Of a stretch of DNA of 64,000 bases, positions 63,118-64,000 are shown one piece after another (the first letter of the stretch is position 1; each line of letters starts with the position of its first letter). The stretch is taken from the NCBI GenBank assembly GCA_963809485.1, contig CAWEJX010000007.1, positions 416,001 to 480,000 of the forward strand. Reading direction: 5' to 3'. Both the position numbers and the translations under genes were made by a program. Source of the DNA: an uncultured Acidobacteriota bacterium. GTDB lineage: Bacteria > Acidobacteriota > UBA6911. Under the pieces are notes generated by a model. It did not search any database and was not told where the DNA came from. It was given only the letters and a program-made list of their open reading frames with translations.

Positions 63118-64000
63118 CGCGCGATTCCTTTCTGGATTCGGTCCGCAGTGCGGCGAAACTGCTCGAGAATTGCGGGCCTGTTCTCACCATGCCCCGGCCT
63201 TGACGCCAGCACGGTTTTGGCTTCCTCTTTCGGTTCGTCACGATCCTCCTCATCCCCGGTGTCCCGTGTAATCTGGATGGTGTCGTGTTCGGTCTCCAGC
63301 AGGATCCTCGGCCCTCCCGACTTGACGGTGGATTTTAGCACCGAGGAATTTCCTTCCTTTTTGGCGGGCGCCAGCCCCGAATATCCGGACTCGATGTCCC
63401 CATTCCGGGAGGTGGCATCCATGACGAACGAAGCTCCCTCCGGAAGAGACAGGTCGATGGAGCCGTTGCGGTTTATGACACGAATGCCGCTCTTGCCGAG
63501 GCTCCGCGCCGCCAGGCTGACATCGGCGTATTCATTCGTGATGTCGCAGTTGTCGGAGGCGTCGGTCACGACCACGTCCTTGAGTGTGGTCTGAATGTCG
63601 AGCGGCCCGCGTATTTCGTGGACGGTCACGGCGCTGGCGCGGGCTTTCAATTTGAGGGAGCCGCCGATATCATCGGCTCTGATGCTGTCGGAATTCGAGC
63701 GGATCTCAACGTTTCCCCGTATGCTTTTCAAAGCCAGCGTGGCGTAACTTGTCTCGGCGGTGACATTGGAAGCGACATTGGAGACCTCGACGTTTTTGTG
63801 GCTTGCGGTGAGTTTCAGGCTGTCCTTCAAATCGTCGACGTAGACGTCCGAGCCCCGGGCATCGATCGTGACGGGTCCGGTCGCCTTTTCGAGCCGGACA
63901 TTGTTTTCGGTGATGGAGATCGATACTTTTCCCTCGATGTTGAGCAGCTGCAGAGGCGAATACTCGTTGGTCACGGTTACGTCGCCCTTGATATCTTCAA
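63114..64000 (-). CDS. DUF4097 beta-strand repeat protein (5' part outside the window)
   Basis: Open frame to the window edge with repeating beta units, ending NRNGSIDL..TSRNGDI..GGPRILLET. Confidence 0.72.
   Translation of the reverse strand, partial: EDIKGDVTVTNEYSPLQLLNIEGKVSISITENNVRLEKATGPVTIDARGSDVYVDDLKDSLKLTASHKNVEVSNVASNVTAETSYATLALKSIRGNVEIRSNSDSIRADDIGGSLKLKARASAVTVHEIRGPLDIQTTLKDVVVTDASDNCDITNEYADVSLAARSLGKSGIRVINRNGSIDLSLPEGASFVMDATSRNGDIESGYSGLAPAKKEGNSSVLKSTVKSGGPRILLETEHDTIQITRDTGDEEDRDEPKEEAKTVLASRPGHGENRPAILEQFRRTADRIQKGIAR

Overview
Chromosomal window spanning the replication origin of a GC-rich, probably anaerobic bacterium. Acidobacteriota is inferred from the RpsU sequence, TolB-type Ser/Thr kinase remnants, DUF4097 proteins and an ECF-vWA pair. 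From left to right it holds: (1) a MacA/MacB-type ABC exporter operon with two heptamer-flanked intergenic elements; (2) pseudogene debris; (3) a ~21-kb anaerobic catabolic island (4-24.7 kb) with an ADP-forming acyl-CoA ligase, 2 family-III CoA-transferases, 2 LarA-family racemases, 3 2-hydroxyacyl-CoA dehydratase/benzoyl-CoA-reductase subunits, 3 ASKHA activases, an archaeal-style thymidylate synthase homolog, a corrinoid protein and a catechol-dehydroxylase-like Mo enzyme with its Fe-S partner, plus three copies of a nested palindromic IS200-like MITE whose core is inverted between two copies; (4) czcCBA-like efflux genes and an orphan chlD-type chelatase; (5) rpsA-sppA-ihf-HIT, oriC/dnaA-dnaN-recF-gyrB-gyrA and rpsU; (6) nucleoside salvage genes, ispG, aspS, an ECF sigma/vWA anti-sigma pair, hutH and DUF4097/toast-rack genes. 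No rRNA, tRNA or CRISPR array was recognised. All assignments come from motifs read by eye; no database searches were run.
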